Of a stretch of 64,000 nucleotides of DNA, positions 32,734 through 42,583 are shown piece by piece; position 1 is the stretch's first letter; every line of letters starts with the position of its first letter. The DNA is from Bdellovibrionota bacterium (lineage in GTDB: Bacteria > Bdellovibrionota_C > UBA2361 > CAKMMH01), in NCBI GenBank assembly GCA_050952645.1, contig JBMNLI010000010.1:32001-96000 (forward strand). The letters are read 5' to 3'. Position numbers and translations under genes: made by a program. Below the pieces are notes generated by a model that made no database searches, had not been told where the DNA came from, and was given only the letters and a program-made list of their open reading frames with translations.

Positions 32734-33378
32734 TTAATTATCTTGCTCGCTCGAACATACTACGACTTGAGCGTGACGCAAGATTTTATCTTTATAATAA
32801 TAAAGCTTCTTAAACTCACTAATAATTTCATTAACTTTCGCATCTTTTGCTGGCACTCTGCTAAGTGCATTGTGTTTTGTAGGGTCGAACATCTCGCCTA
32901 CTGAGTTTTCCGACTTTACTCCCCATTTCGCAAGAACATCTAAAAATTGTTTATGTATCATTTTAACTCCAGAGCATATATCCTCGCTAACAGAAGCTTC
33001 TCCCTTTGCATACGTATGCTCTAATGCTCTATCTAAATTATCTAGCACCTCTAGAAGATCTACTAAAATAGGCTCTCCTTGATATTTTAACAAATCTGCT
33101 CTTTCCTTGCTTGAACGTTTTTTATAATTTTCTAAATCTGCTAAAGCCATTAAATATTTTTCTTTACTCTCTTCTAAAGATTTTTTTAACTCCCCTATTT
33201 CTGCTTCTAGTTTAATAATTTTTTTATTTCCTTTTCTACTATCGAAACCCTCTTCTTTAAAATTTTTATTACGTTTTTTCTTAGATGTCTCTAAGATATC
33301 TTCATCTAAAATATTTTCCGTTTCCATTTCATTATATCCACTATCTTCATTGTATTCTCTTTCTTTATCGTATCCCAT
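32734..33378 (-). CDS. grpE: nucleotide exchange factor GrpE
   Basis: ADLENYKKR..LLEVLDNLDRAL..FDPTKHNA..LRHAQVVV; upstream of dnaK. Confidence 0.95.
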   Translation of the reverse strand: MGYDKEREYNEDSGYNEMETENILDEDILETSKKKRNKNFKEEGFDSRKGNKKIIKLEAEIGELKKSLEESKEKYLMALADLENYKKRSSKERADLLKYQGEPILVDLLEVLDNLDRALEHTYAKGEASVSEDICSGVKMIHKQFLDVLAKWGVKSENSVGEMFDPTKHNALSRVPAKDAKVNEIISEFKKLYYYKDKILRHAQVVVCSSEQDN

Positions 33379-33491
33379 AAAACAACCATCCTCTTTTAAG
33401 TTAATTCAAAAAATTGTCATCCTTGTAAAATAAACTCATTTGTATATATAATCATCGAAGTGAGAACTTTCAAGAAATAAAAACAAAATTT

Positions 33492-34094
33492 ATGAAAAAA
33501 ACTAATATTTCAACTAAAAAAATCGACGCTATAACTATAAAACTCGCCATGTCGGGCGATTTTAATATCGTTTTAACTGCTATCACTAAAGAAGATAAGA
33601 AACTTTCCTTTTTTGCCTCAAATATAAAACGAAGCAACAAGAAGCAAAGTATACCAGAGATTTTCGATATTTGCTCTTTTGAAATCATTGAAAAGGAGGA
33701 AGATAAATTAAGCAAATTAAAGGATTACAAGTTTATTTCTAATTTTAAAAATTTACGTGATAATTTTACAAAACTATGTGCAAGCACTACTCTAATTGAG
33801 GCTACAAATAATTTAGTAAAAGATGGAGATACTACAAAAAATATTTTTAAACTTCTAAGCTCATCTCTTTTTTTAATAGATAAAGAAGAAGAAACTTTAA
33901 AAGTTTTTAAAATTCTTTACGATACTCTCTTTGAATTATTAGTTCTGCTTGGTTTTGAAAATAGGAGATTAAAAAAACCTGCATCTAAAAAACACTTAAT
34001 ATCACTTCTTAATAAAATAGAAGAAGTTTCGGAACAAAAATTAAAAAGCCTTAGCACTCTTTTAGAAACTCTTCCAAAGAGCCAAAAAAAATAG
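33492..34094 (+). CDS. recO: divergent DNA repair protein RecO-like
   Basis: N-terminal OB-like pattern (IVLTAITKEDKKLSFFASNIKRS..PEIFD), FKNLRDN, and helical IFKLL..LLVLLGF. Confidence 0.55.
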   Translation: MKKTNISTKKIDAITIKLAMSGDFNIVLTAITKEDKKLSFFASNIKRSNKKQSIPEIFDICSFEIIEKEEDKLSKLKDYKFISNFKNLRDNFTKLCASTTLIEATNNLVKDGDTTKNIFKLLSSSLFLIDKEEETLKVFKILYDTLFELLVLLGFENRRLKKPASKKHLISLLNKIEEVSEQKLKSLSTLLETLPKSQKK

Positions 34095-34170
34095 CTCTTT
34101 GCACGTTTAAAACTTCTTCATATTTAAAGAGATTTAAAAAAATTTTTAAACACTTTGCCCCTAACTTAGG

Positions 34171-34410
34171 CTACTCTTTATGACAATTATCGCTACAAGA
34201 TTTTGATGAGCAATCCCCCTTATGCGCATAATCCGTTTCATACCAACCTGTGCCTTTTAAAACGAAACTCGAATGAGAAATTAGCTTTTCTACTTGAACG
34301 CTTTTTCCTTGCTCTTTACATTTAGGACATTCTTTTAATTTTTCTTCATTTACTTTCTGAAGAACCTCAAACTTACCACAATTTGGACATTCATATTCAT
34401 ATATTGGCAT
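34171..34410 (-). CDS. FmdB-family zinc-ribbon protein
   Basis: [29 protein letters not shown]. Start moved to the ATG at 34410. Confidence 0.9.
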   Translation of the reverse strand: MPIYEYECPNCGKFEVLQKVNEEKLKECPKCKEQGKSVQVEKLISHSSFVLKGTGWYETDYAHKGDCSSKSCSDNCHKE

Positions 34411-34441
34411 AACTTTCACCTCATAATTTTCGCCTATAAAA

Positions 34442-34747
34442 TCAACTTCTCGCCTCTAATTCTTTATATATTTTAATAAAATCATCTTTAGTAAAATTAG
34501 AAATTTTTATACTCTTTAATCTTTGCTTTTCGCCTTTTATTATATTTACACCCGATTTAGAAATTTTAAAAGCCTTTGATAAAAATTTAATAACTTCATT
34601 ATTAGCTTTGCCATCTACCGGGGGGCATGCAACTTGAAGTTTTAAACTTTCATTAAAAATCCCACAAAATCTAGTCTTTGAAGCCCCAGGCTGAATATAA
34701 CATGAAATTATAATATCTCCATCTTTTTCACTTATAAAATCGTACAT
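34442..34747 (-). CDS. DUF167 / YggU-family protein
   Basis: [25 protein letters not shown]. Confidence 0.88.
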   Translation of the reverse strand: MYDFISEKDGDIIISCYIQPGASKTRFCGIFNESLKLQVACPPVDGKANNEVIKFLSKAFKISKSGVNIIKGEKQRLKSIKISNFTKDDFIKIYKELEARS

Positions 34748-34846
34748 GGCAAAAAAATAAAAATTATTATTGCTAGCAAACTTAAAAATTAATATTCTTA
34801 ATATATATTACAAAATGCAATATATCAAATAATAAGGGAAATAATC

Positions 34847-35296
34847 ATGGAACTTCTTTCTTGGCAAATATGGTTTCTAATAGCTGCACTTTTATTCATT
34901 TTAGAAATGTTATCTGGTACTTTCGTTTTATTATTTTTAGGACTAGCTTGTACAGGTGCTGCAATATGTGCTGCATTTAAACTTTCATTTATGTATCAAT
35001 GTCTTACATTTTGCGCAATAAGTTCCCTTACAATATTTTTATTTTTAAGACAAAAAAGAATTTCTAGCAATAAAAAAGGTAACGATTTAAAAGTGGCAAA
35101 CTCGGAAAGATTAATTGGACTAATCGGAATTGTTACAGAGGAAATTCCAGAATTTGGAACAGGAAGCGTAAAAGTTGAGAATGAAACATGGATGGCAACA
35201 AGCGAGTCGGGAAAACAAATTTCACTAAATGAAACTGTATCAATCAAAAAAATTTCAGGTGTAAAATTAGTTGTTGAAATTGCAAAAAAAGATTAA
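34847..35296 (+). CDS. NfeD-family membrane protein
   Basis: Hydrophobic N-terminus, LIGLIGIV..GSVKVENETWMA OB-fold; upstream of an SPFH gene. Confidence 0.9.
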   Translation: MELLSWQIWFLIAALLFILEMLSGTFVLLFLGLACTGAAICAAFKLSFMYQCLTFCAISSLTIFLFLRQKRISSNKKGNDLKVANSERLIGLIGIVTEEIPEFGTGSVKVENETWMATSESGKQISLNETVSIKKISGVKLVVEIAKKD

Positions 35297-35533
35297 TTTT
35301 AATTTAAATTTTAATGTCTCTTTTTATCATTTTTTAAAACATCTTCTTTAATGAAATTGCAAATTTTTTGTGTGTAGAAATCCTATTAGATCCTAAAATT
35401 GATAAAAATGAATTATTATTTATTAAAAGCTTAGAAAAGCTTAAATAGAATTCCTCATTGCTAGTATTATTAAATTAAATAATAATTATATTAATTGTCG
35501 TAAAAATTCATTTTCGTTTTCTAAGGAGAAATT

Positions 35534-36457
35534 ATGGGAGAAGTTTTTACTTTTATATTTGGAATTTTGGCGGTTGTGCTAATTATTTTTATTCTCTCTG
35601 GAATTAAAATAATCAGACCATATCAAAATGGACTTGTTGAAAGATTTGGTAAATTTGACAGAATCTTAAAACCTGGATTAAAAATTGTTGTACCATTATT
35701 AGAAACCATGGTTAAAATTGATTTAAGAGAGCAAGTTGTAGACATTCCACCTCAAGAAGTTATAACAAAAGATAACGTTGTAGCTACAGTGGATGCTGTC
35801 GTATTTTTGGAAGTCGTTGATCCATATTGCTTTAATTATAATATTGCAAACTTCTGGCTTGCTATAGTAAACCTTGCACAAACAAATTTGAGAAATGTAA
35901 TTGGCGATATGTCACTAGATGAATCCTTAAGCTCTAGAGAAGCAATTAACGCAAAACTACAAAGATCTCTAGATGAAGTAACCGATAAGTGGGGAACAAA
36001 AGTTACTAGAGTTGAAATAAAAAGAATAGAACCTCCTGTGGACGTAACAGACGCTATGCATAAACAAATGAAAGCTGAAAGATATAGAAGAGCTAAAATT
36101 CTAGAAGCTGAAGCTGAAAAGTCTTCTCAAATCCTTATTGCAGATGGTCAAAAGGAAGCCCAAATTAAAAAAGCTGAAGGTGAAGCTGAGGCTATAAGAC
36201 AAGTTGCAGATGCTGAAAAATACAAAAAAATGGCAGTTGCAGCTGGTGAAGCTAATGCTATCATGAATGTATTTAATGCTATACACCAGGGAAAACCTGA
36301 TAAAGATTTAATCACGCTAAAATACTTGGAGTCTTTAGAAAAGATTGCTAATGGGCAATCAACAAAAATCTTTATGCCTATAGAAACATCAGGTATATTA
36401 GGAAGCCTTTCTTCTATTAAAGAAATTTTTGATAGTAATAAAGAAAACAATAAGTAA
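35534..36457 (+). CDS. SPFH/band-7 (stomatin-like, QmcA-type) protein
   Basis: GLVERFGKF..PPQEVITKDNV..WGTKVTRVEI..QMKAER..AEGEAEAI. Confidence 0.93.
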   Translation: MGEVFTFIFGILAVVLIIFILSGIKIIRPYQNGLVERFGKFDRILKPGLKIVVPLLETMVKIDLREQVVDIPPQEVITKDNVVATVDAVVFLEVVDPYCFNYNIANFWLAIVNLAQTNLRNVIGDMSLDESLSSREAINAKLQRSLDEVTDKWGTKVTRVEIKRIEPPVDVTDAMHKQMKAERYRRAKILEAEAEKSSQILIADGQKEAQIKKAEGEAEAIRQVADAEKYKKMAVAAGEANAIMNVFNAIHQGKPDKDLITLKYLESLEKIANGQSTKIFMPIETSGILGSLSSIKEIFDSNKENNK

Positions 36458-36531
36458 TTTATTTATAGTTAACAAAGCATACAAAAGTTTTAAAATTGTA
36501 AAAATTACTTTCCTTAGTTAAATTTTTGAAT

Positions 36532-36587
36532 ATAAAATAATATAGCTTTTATAAAAAATATTATTTTATAAAGCTATATTATTTTAT
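36532..36587. terminator. AT-rich hairpin between the convergent SPFH and 890-aa genes
   Basis: ataaaataatatagcttttataaaa / ttttataaagctatattattttat. Confidence 0.65.
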
Positions 36588-36595
36588 TAATCCCC

Positions 36596-39268
36596 TTAGT
36601 TACTCAATAATGTTTCATCCCATTCTTGACAATAAGTAATATTCGAACTAATTGTATCAACTATCGGTTTATAATAAGAATTTATAATGGTATCAGCCAT
36701 ATATGTTTTATTATACAACAAATCAATCTGATGTATTATACTATCAAATGCTGTTCTTGAAGATACCTTGATAATATTATTTTTGTTATTGTTAAGATGT
36801 GTTTTCGCATCTTTTAAATATGCAGAAATATATCTAATATATTCTTTTAATTCATTTCTAAAACCATCAATAGTTTTAATATCATAATTAAATTGAGAAG
36901 AAGTACAATTATTCTTGTTTCTACATTGTATCATGTCAACAGTTGGTATAGTTACATTTAACTCATTTATAAGATTGTTAATATAAGTATCTCCTATTTC
37001 AATCTTATTGTCTATTATATGAGTATTATGAAATTCTATAATATCATTAATACTTAATTTTTTTATTTCGTTAATCAAACTTTCCTTCTTATCAAAGATA
37101 TTAATAAAATTACAATTAGTAAGGAAATTTTTTCCATAATTATCATTATTACAATACGCTAACTTATTAGATGTCGTAGAAATATAATTATTATTTCCTT
37201 TTCGAACATCAGGAAGTTGCCACTTAACTGTCTTTGTGTTGTACTGTGTATCAACTGAAAATGCAAAATTATGAATACCTTGAACAAAAACTTGATTTTG
37301 ACCGTAATCTTTAGATGTAAGATTTCCATTTATGAAAATATTATTGTTTTGTCCAAAATATACAGGAAAATCATTATTATTTTCATAACCAAATAAGGCA
37401 TATTGTTTGCCAGTCTTAAAATCTGATTGAATACAATTAAATGCAAGTTTTATATTCTGAATTTTATATTCATCTGTTAAATGATTAGCAGACACAACTA
37501 ATGTTTGAATAGCCTCATCTTTAACATTTAATTTCCATTCTAAAGTTTTATCTTTATCAAAAGTTACAACCATAACCCCCTTATACTCACCTGGTCGAAA
37601 CTCAGATATCTCTTTAGTAGGATCAATTATATTATCTGCCAATGATAATACCTCCACTCTATTTCCATCAACTGTAACTGCATTATTATCTAATTCATTA
37701 CTTTCATAAGTTTTATCCCCAATATTTTTGTATCCAACATACGCTGTAATTGTGTTATTTCCATTATCTTGTATACCATTAAGCATAGGATACAAATGTG
37801 GTACTGGAGTTGGACTTGGAGTAAAAGTTTTCGTATAAGTATATGTTTTGGTAAACGTACTTGTTTTAGTTGGGGTTTTAGTTTTAGTAGGCGTTTTTGT
37901 CTTTGTTGGAGTTCTCGTCTTTGTTGGAGTTCTCGTAAAAGTCGAAGTTCTCGTATAAGACGCTGTCTGTGTAAAAGTTATAGTATTAGTAAATGTAGGA
38001 GTAGGTTTAACTATCCTTAAACTTGCATCGTCACATTCACCATCTTTATTATAATCATTACATGCACAAACTATTGTTACAATATATTCCCTACCTTCAT
38101 CAGTTAATTCTTTACAATCATATTGATTATTAGTCAATGCACAATCATAAAAAGCATAATTATCACCTTGTATTAATGGATGAGATTCAGGTATAACAGA
38201 ACTCTTTACATAAGAAGCATAAACATTATCACCATAGGTATTGGCATATTTTAATTTACAAATCTGTGTTGCTTGAGATAAATCATCTTTATCATTGTTA
38301 GTCGTAGGAATACGCAATTGCCACACTCTTTCTGTTTCATTATATATATGAGGAGTTAATCCAGACATTTCTAATATGGTATGTACAGATAAATTACTAT
38401 CAATTATCTTTGTATACTCATCTTCCCATGGTGCTAACGTAGGTGTTCTTGTTGGAGTTTTTGTCCTAGTAGGTGTCTTAGTTGGAGTTTTCGTTTTTGT
38501 CTTAGTTTTTGTTGGAGTCTTTGTCGGAGTTTTCTGTGTAACTGAATTAATACACTGCACACACGTGCTAGAACAACGAGTTACATCATAAGTGTCGGCA
38601 ATATAAGTCCCATTACACTTAGCTTTATAATAAGTACGTCCATCTGCTGAACAATAATCATTCTTAGTAGCTACTGTACTACCATCCTTTGTTCGTACGA
38701 CCCTTTTTTTATTATTATCTCTTGCACATGCATAAATTGGAGAACTAGGACTTGGTTGAATAGGATTAGCACATGTAATATTTTTTATATATCCCTTACC
38801 ATTTGCACTTGTTACTTTTCTACAACTAGATTCGGATGTCGTAGAACAAATATAATATTCCGCAGTATTAGTACTTACTGGAACTTGTGCTGTCATTAAA
38901 TTTGATACAGTGGAATACCCTTTTGCTCGGCAAAAATTTACTGCATTAACCTGCGTTGGTCCTGAAACATTCTCTAGTAAATACTGCCTCATAATAAGTG
39001 TATTTTTATTATTATTACAATATTCATTTAAATTTCTGTAATAATTTTTACACTGCAATAAAGGAGAGGTTTCTGTACAGTTATCTGGAGGATAACCTGC
39101 TTCAATAATGAACCATGCATTACAAGTTTTTGTAGTAGAATGATTATTAGAAAATATTTTCCCTATTGCACTCTCATAAAAAACTTGACTATTTGATGTT
39201 GCAGAGAAACTTTGAGTTGTAATAAGTAAGGGAAAAACTAAAATTAAAAAAGAAAGATATTTTTTCAT
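36596..39268 (-). CDS. Secreted modular Cys-rich protein with two Thr/Pro/Lys mucin-like linkers
   Basis: Signal peptide MKKYLSFLILVFPLLITTQSFSA; TPTKTPTKTKT repeats (about 38438-38540 and 37801-38010); repeated Cys modules and repeated beta-rich modules. Confidence 0.85.
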   Translation of the reverse strand: MKKYLSFLILVFPLLITTQSFSATSNSQVFYESAIGKIFSNNHSTTKTCNAWFIIEAGYPPDNCTETSPLLQCKNYYRNLNEYCNNNKNTLIMRQYLLENVSGPTQVNAVNFCRAKGYSTVSNLMTAQVPVSTNTAEYYICSTTSESSCRKVTSANGKGYIKNITCANPIQPSPSSPIYACARDNNKKRVVRTKDGSTVATKNDYCSADGRTYYKAKCNGTYIADTYDVTRCSSTCVQCINSVTQKTPTKTPTKTKTKTKTPTKTPTRTKTPTRTPTLAPWEDEYTKIIDSNLSVHTILEMSGLTPHIYNETERVWQLRIPTTNNDKDDLSQATQICKLKYANTYGDNVYASYVKSSVIPESHPLIQGDNYAFYDCALTNNQYDCKELTDEGREYIVTIVCACNDYNKDGECDDASLRIVKPTPTFTNTITFTQTASYTRTSTFTRTPTKTRTPTKTKTPTKTKTPTKTSTFTKTYTYTKTFTPSPTPVPHLYPMLNGIQDNGNNTITAYVGYKNIGDKTYESNELDNNAVTVDGNRVEVLSLADNIIDPTKEISEFRPGEYKGVMVVTFDKDKTLEWKLNVKDEAIQTLVVSANHLTDEYKIQNIKLAFNCIQSDFKTGKQYALFGYENNNDFPVYFGQNNNIFINGNLTSKDYGQNQVFVQGIHNFAFSVDTQYNTKTVKWQLPDVRKGNNNYISTTSNKLAYCNNDNYGKNFLTNCNFINIFDKKESLINEIKKLSINDIIEFHNTHIIDNKIEIGDTYINNLINELNVTIPTVDMIQCRNKNNCTSSQFNYDIKTIDGFRNELKEYIRYISAYLKDAKTHLNNNKNNIIKVSSRTAFDSIIHQIDLLYNKTYMADTIINSYYKPIVDTISSNITYCQEWDETLLSN

Positions 39269-39520
39269 TTTTAACCTTTTATAATATTAATTGTAAAAAT
39301 CCATTAAAAAAATTCTACATAATTGTATTTAAAATGATTGAATTTACGTAAATTTCAAAATGCACTACAATCATCCAGTTAGATGTGAATTTTCATAAAT
39401 TGATTCTATTTTAACAAACAAAAATACTTTCTCTATTCAAATTGGTTAAAAAATATCTATATTTACAATAAGATACAAAGGTTTCTACTTAAGATATTTT
39501 ACTCTTTCTACAAAAAATTT

Positions 39521-42346
39521 TTATTTTTTAATACTTATTTCTCTATATGCTAATGTTAAATCTCTATTATCCTTACTATTTTCATAAAACGTACTCGGCC
39601 TAAAAGAAACTTCATGTTCTAATCTTAAAGAATTTACACCATTAAAAGTAGAATGATTTGAACTTTCATAGATAGTATCAGTTTCAAATATATTTGTACC
39701 TTTCTTTACAATAAAATCACCAACTAAATTGTCATTAATATAAACTTTTAATTTATTGTCCATAACAGAATGTACATCAAAATATATTTTGTAGGGGTTA
39801 TTATTAATTGCAATGTAATTAATATATGAATCAATACTTCCGTGTTTAGAAATATTATCGCTGGTTTTAATCGCCCATCTTGATACTAACTTTTCTCCCC
39901 TTTCTAATGCACTAAATCCTTTGGCAATAAAAAAATCATTTTCTATAAAATTTAAATTATCATTAACAAAATCTTCTTTAGGATTAAAATTTTTTAAATC
40001 AAAAAAATAAATATTCTTCAATTTACTAAAAAACAAAGGTTCACCCAAAATATCTTTTAAATCTTTAAGTAACTTTTCACTATCAACGATATCAGTATTA
40101 ACACTAATACCATTAAAACCTTGCCTCTTAGCATTTTCAACTATTCTTAACGCATCACTACCATTAAATAATGCTTCTTGCCAAAAATACTCATTAGTAT
40201 GACTTAATGCACCAAAACTCCATTGAATACCTTTTGTAAAAAGATACGGAAATACTTGATAATTACAATTAACTAAATTTTGAGAAACATAATTCTCAGG
40301 ATAAGTAAGTATTGGCAATTGTAGAACCTTACCTCCATTTTTTAAATAATTATTAACATTAAGAGCAAACTCTTTAATACTGCTAATTTTATTATTAATA
40401 GTATTATAATTTTGCGGAAATTTTCTTAAATTATTTTCATTAACATGAAAACATAACAATACAATACAAAAAATCACAATATAAATTTGTTTAAAATTTT
40501 TAAAATATTTCTTAAATAAAATATTAATTAAATATATTACTGCAAGAATAGAAAACATTAATATGTAAACAGAAATTCGATTATAAGTTCTAATTTTTGT
40601 AAATCCAAATAATGCTATAAAAACACCTACAGCACTTTGCAAACCAAGTAGTAGAGCAAAAATATTTAACTTAGAGAGAAAATTTAGCATTTCTTTATTA
40701 TCATCATCTTCATATTTTTGAATAAATTTTCTGAATCCATCTATAAGCAAAACTGCTATAAGGATTATAAATCCAATAATCCCCATAATACCAAGATAAT
40801 TAATTATTGCTTCAGTTTTAAAAAATTTTGAATGATTATAGGCTTGAGTTAACCATGAAAAGATATGAAAATCCCCAAATGTTTTTGGCATAAATAAATG
40901 AACTAAACTTAATCCATAATAAAAGGCTTCATAAGGATCTCTTGTAGAAGTTTTTGTAGAACCATTAAGAATACTATTTAATATTGATGGATACAAATTA
41001 CTTATAAGAACCACAAAAATCATAAAAAGAAAATAAAGACCTCTAAGACAAGCTACTAACCGTTTATTAAATAAAGCGATTAATATACTCAAAACTATAA
41101 ATGCACAGCCAAAATATGCATAATAAATATCTACAGATCCTATAAAAAAAGAACTCAAAATTAGACTTGAATATAATTTTATCTTATCTTCAATGTCTAA
41201 TTTTCTATTATTAAAGTTATCTTTAAAAACAATATTAATACAAAAATAAAAAATCAAAGTTATGACAAAATAAGAAGAAGCGGTAACATGTTGAGCACTT
41301 CTAAATAAGTGATATTGTGTAAAAGAAAATAACAGTCCACCGAAAAGCGCAAGATAATAATTAATTTTAAGCTCTCTTGCTATTAAAATAAAACCAAATA
41401 CAGCAAACAAAAAAGTTAAAATATAATATAAATTATTAACAAGAATAACATTACTAGTAAAAAAGCCCAAAAAATAACAAAAATCATAATAAAAAGCCAT
41501 AAGCATCGGGAAATTGTACCTTGCAACGCCAAAAGGTGCTCCTAAATCATTCATATACCAAAAACTATTACCATCTATTGCATTTTTTGCTACAGATAAA
41601 AAATGACCATCATCTATTCCATCTAAGAAAAATGGAACATTAACAACATCCCAATGGAAACTATTATATATATACCCAAACAATATTAAGACTACAGCAT
41701 TTGTTAAGGAAAAAATACTAATATTTTTTAAATTAAAAATCTTTGATCTATAAGAATATAGAAAAAATATCAAGGAACCTAATATTACAGTATATAACAA
41801 AGCTTGGAAAATGTAGCAAAGCGAATTAATAAATTTTAAAGTTACTCCATTTTGAACAATTTTAATATCATTAAAAATTTCTTTATTCTCAGCTTTAATT
41901 TTTAAAATATAACTTTTGTCATTATTATCATAAAATATCTTAGGTAAAAGTACACTTTCGCCTTTTATAATATTAAAAAGTTTAGCATATATTAATTTAT
42001 TTGTATTTTTTTCATATAAACTTATTAATGTATCGATTTCCTTATTTAAAGAATTATTCAGATTAAGTGAAATGCTAAAAGAATTACCATTATTATTTGG
42101 ATTAAGTGGAATTTCTAAATCAAGATCCTTAGAATTATTTACTTGATATTCATTTATATTTTTAAAATTGAAACTTTTAACTAACTGTGTACTTGTAATA
42201 TGAGATAATGAATCTTTATGATAAATTAAACATAAAATCAACCAAAAGTTAAAATTAAAAACAATAAAAATACACGAGATTTTCTTTTCATAAATAAATT
42301 CTTTAAAATAAAAAATAAAAAATAAATATATTGAAATAGTTATCAA
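39521..42346 (-). CDS. Large polytopic membrane protein, GT-C-fold glycosyltransferase-like (YfhO-like); start uncertain
   Basis: About 12-14 TM segments, acidic DGIDDGH loop after an early TM, LGAPFG, IRTYNRIS, VLQLP..YPE, C-terminal beta domain ending DNRDLT. Confidence 0.7.
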   Translation of the reverse strand: MITISIYLFFIFYFKEFIYEKKISCIFIVFNFNFWLILCLIYHKDSLSHITSTQLVKSFNFKNINEYQVNNSKDLDLEIPLNPNNNGNSFSISLNLNNSLNKEIDTLISLYEKNTNKLIYAKLFNIIKGESVLLPKIFYDNNDKSYILKIKAENKEIFNDIKIVQNGVTLKFINSLCYIFQALLYTVILGSLIFFLYSYRSKIFNLKNISIFSLTNAVVLILFGYIYNSFHWDVVNVPFFLDGIDDGHFLSVAKNAIDGNSFWYMNDLGAPFGVARYNFPMLMAFYYDFCYFLGFFTSNVILVNNLYYILTFLFAVFGFILIARELKINYYLALFGGLLFSFTQYHLFRSAQHVTASSYFVITLIFYFCINIVFKDNFNNRKLDIEDKIKLYSSLILSSFFIGSVDIYYAYFGCAFIVLSILIALFNKRLVACLRGLYFLFMIFVVLISNLYPSILNSILNGSTKTSTRDPYEAFYYGLSLVHLFMPKTFGDFHIFSWLTQAYNHSKFFKTEAIINYLGIMGIIGFIILIAVLLIDGFRKFIQKYEDDDNKEMLNFLSKLNIFALLLGLQSAVGVFIALFGFTKIRTYNRISVYILMFSILAVIYLINILFKKYFKNFKQIYIVIFCIVLLCFHVNENNLRKFPQNYNTINNKISSIKEFALNVNNYLKNGGKVLQLPILTYPENYVSQNLVNCNYQVFPYLFTKGIQWSFGALSHTNEYFWQEALFNGSDALRIVENAKRQGFNGISVNTDIVDSEKLLKDLKDILGEPLFFSKLKNIYFFDLKNFNPKEDFVNDNLNFIENDFFIAKGFSALERGEKLVSRWAIKTSDNISKHGSIDSYINYIAINNNPYKIYFDVHSVMDNKLKVYINDNLVGDFIVKKGTNIFETDTIYESSNHSTFNGVNSLRLEHEVSFRPSTFYENSKDNRDLTLAYREISIKK

Positions 42347-42404
42347 TACATATGCATTATAAAATAATTTATTAAAAATTAAAAACCTAATTATTACTGT
42401 AATG

Positions 42405-42536
42405 TTACTCTAAAATTTTAACTGAAATTTCTTTATATGCCACAGTTAAAACTCGTTTATCGGTCGAATTTTTATCAAAGTCACTTGGCGTAAATGACTT
42501 ACCATGTTCTAGTCTAATTACATTAGGCTCAGACAT
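42405..42536 (-). pseudogene. 43-codon remnant paralogous to the C-terminus of the 941-aa membrane protein
   Basis: Manual translation gives MSEPNVIRLEHGKSFTPSDFDKNSTDKRVLTVAYKEISVKILE, compared with NSLRLEHEVSFRPSTFYENSKDNRDLTLAYREISIKK. Confidence 0.8.
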
Positions 42537-42583
42537 TATCTATATTTTTTAAATTAATCATCAGTGATATCAAAAAAACAAAA

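Noticed and set aside
37801..38540. Thr/Pro/Lys codon repeats as a DGR or non-coding repeat locus
   Set aside because: They are explained by coding low-complexity linkers; no reverse transcriptase or adenine-specific TR/VR pair was seen.
42238..42291. TGA read-through or an alternative genetic code rescuing the short MKRKSR ORF
   Set aside because: A TAA follows four codons later, and core genes translate fully with code 11.
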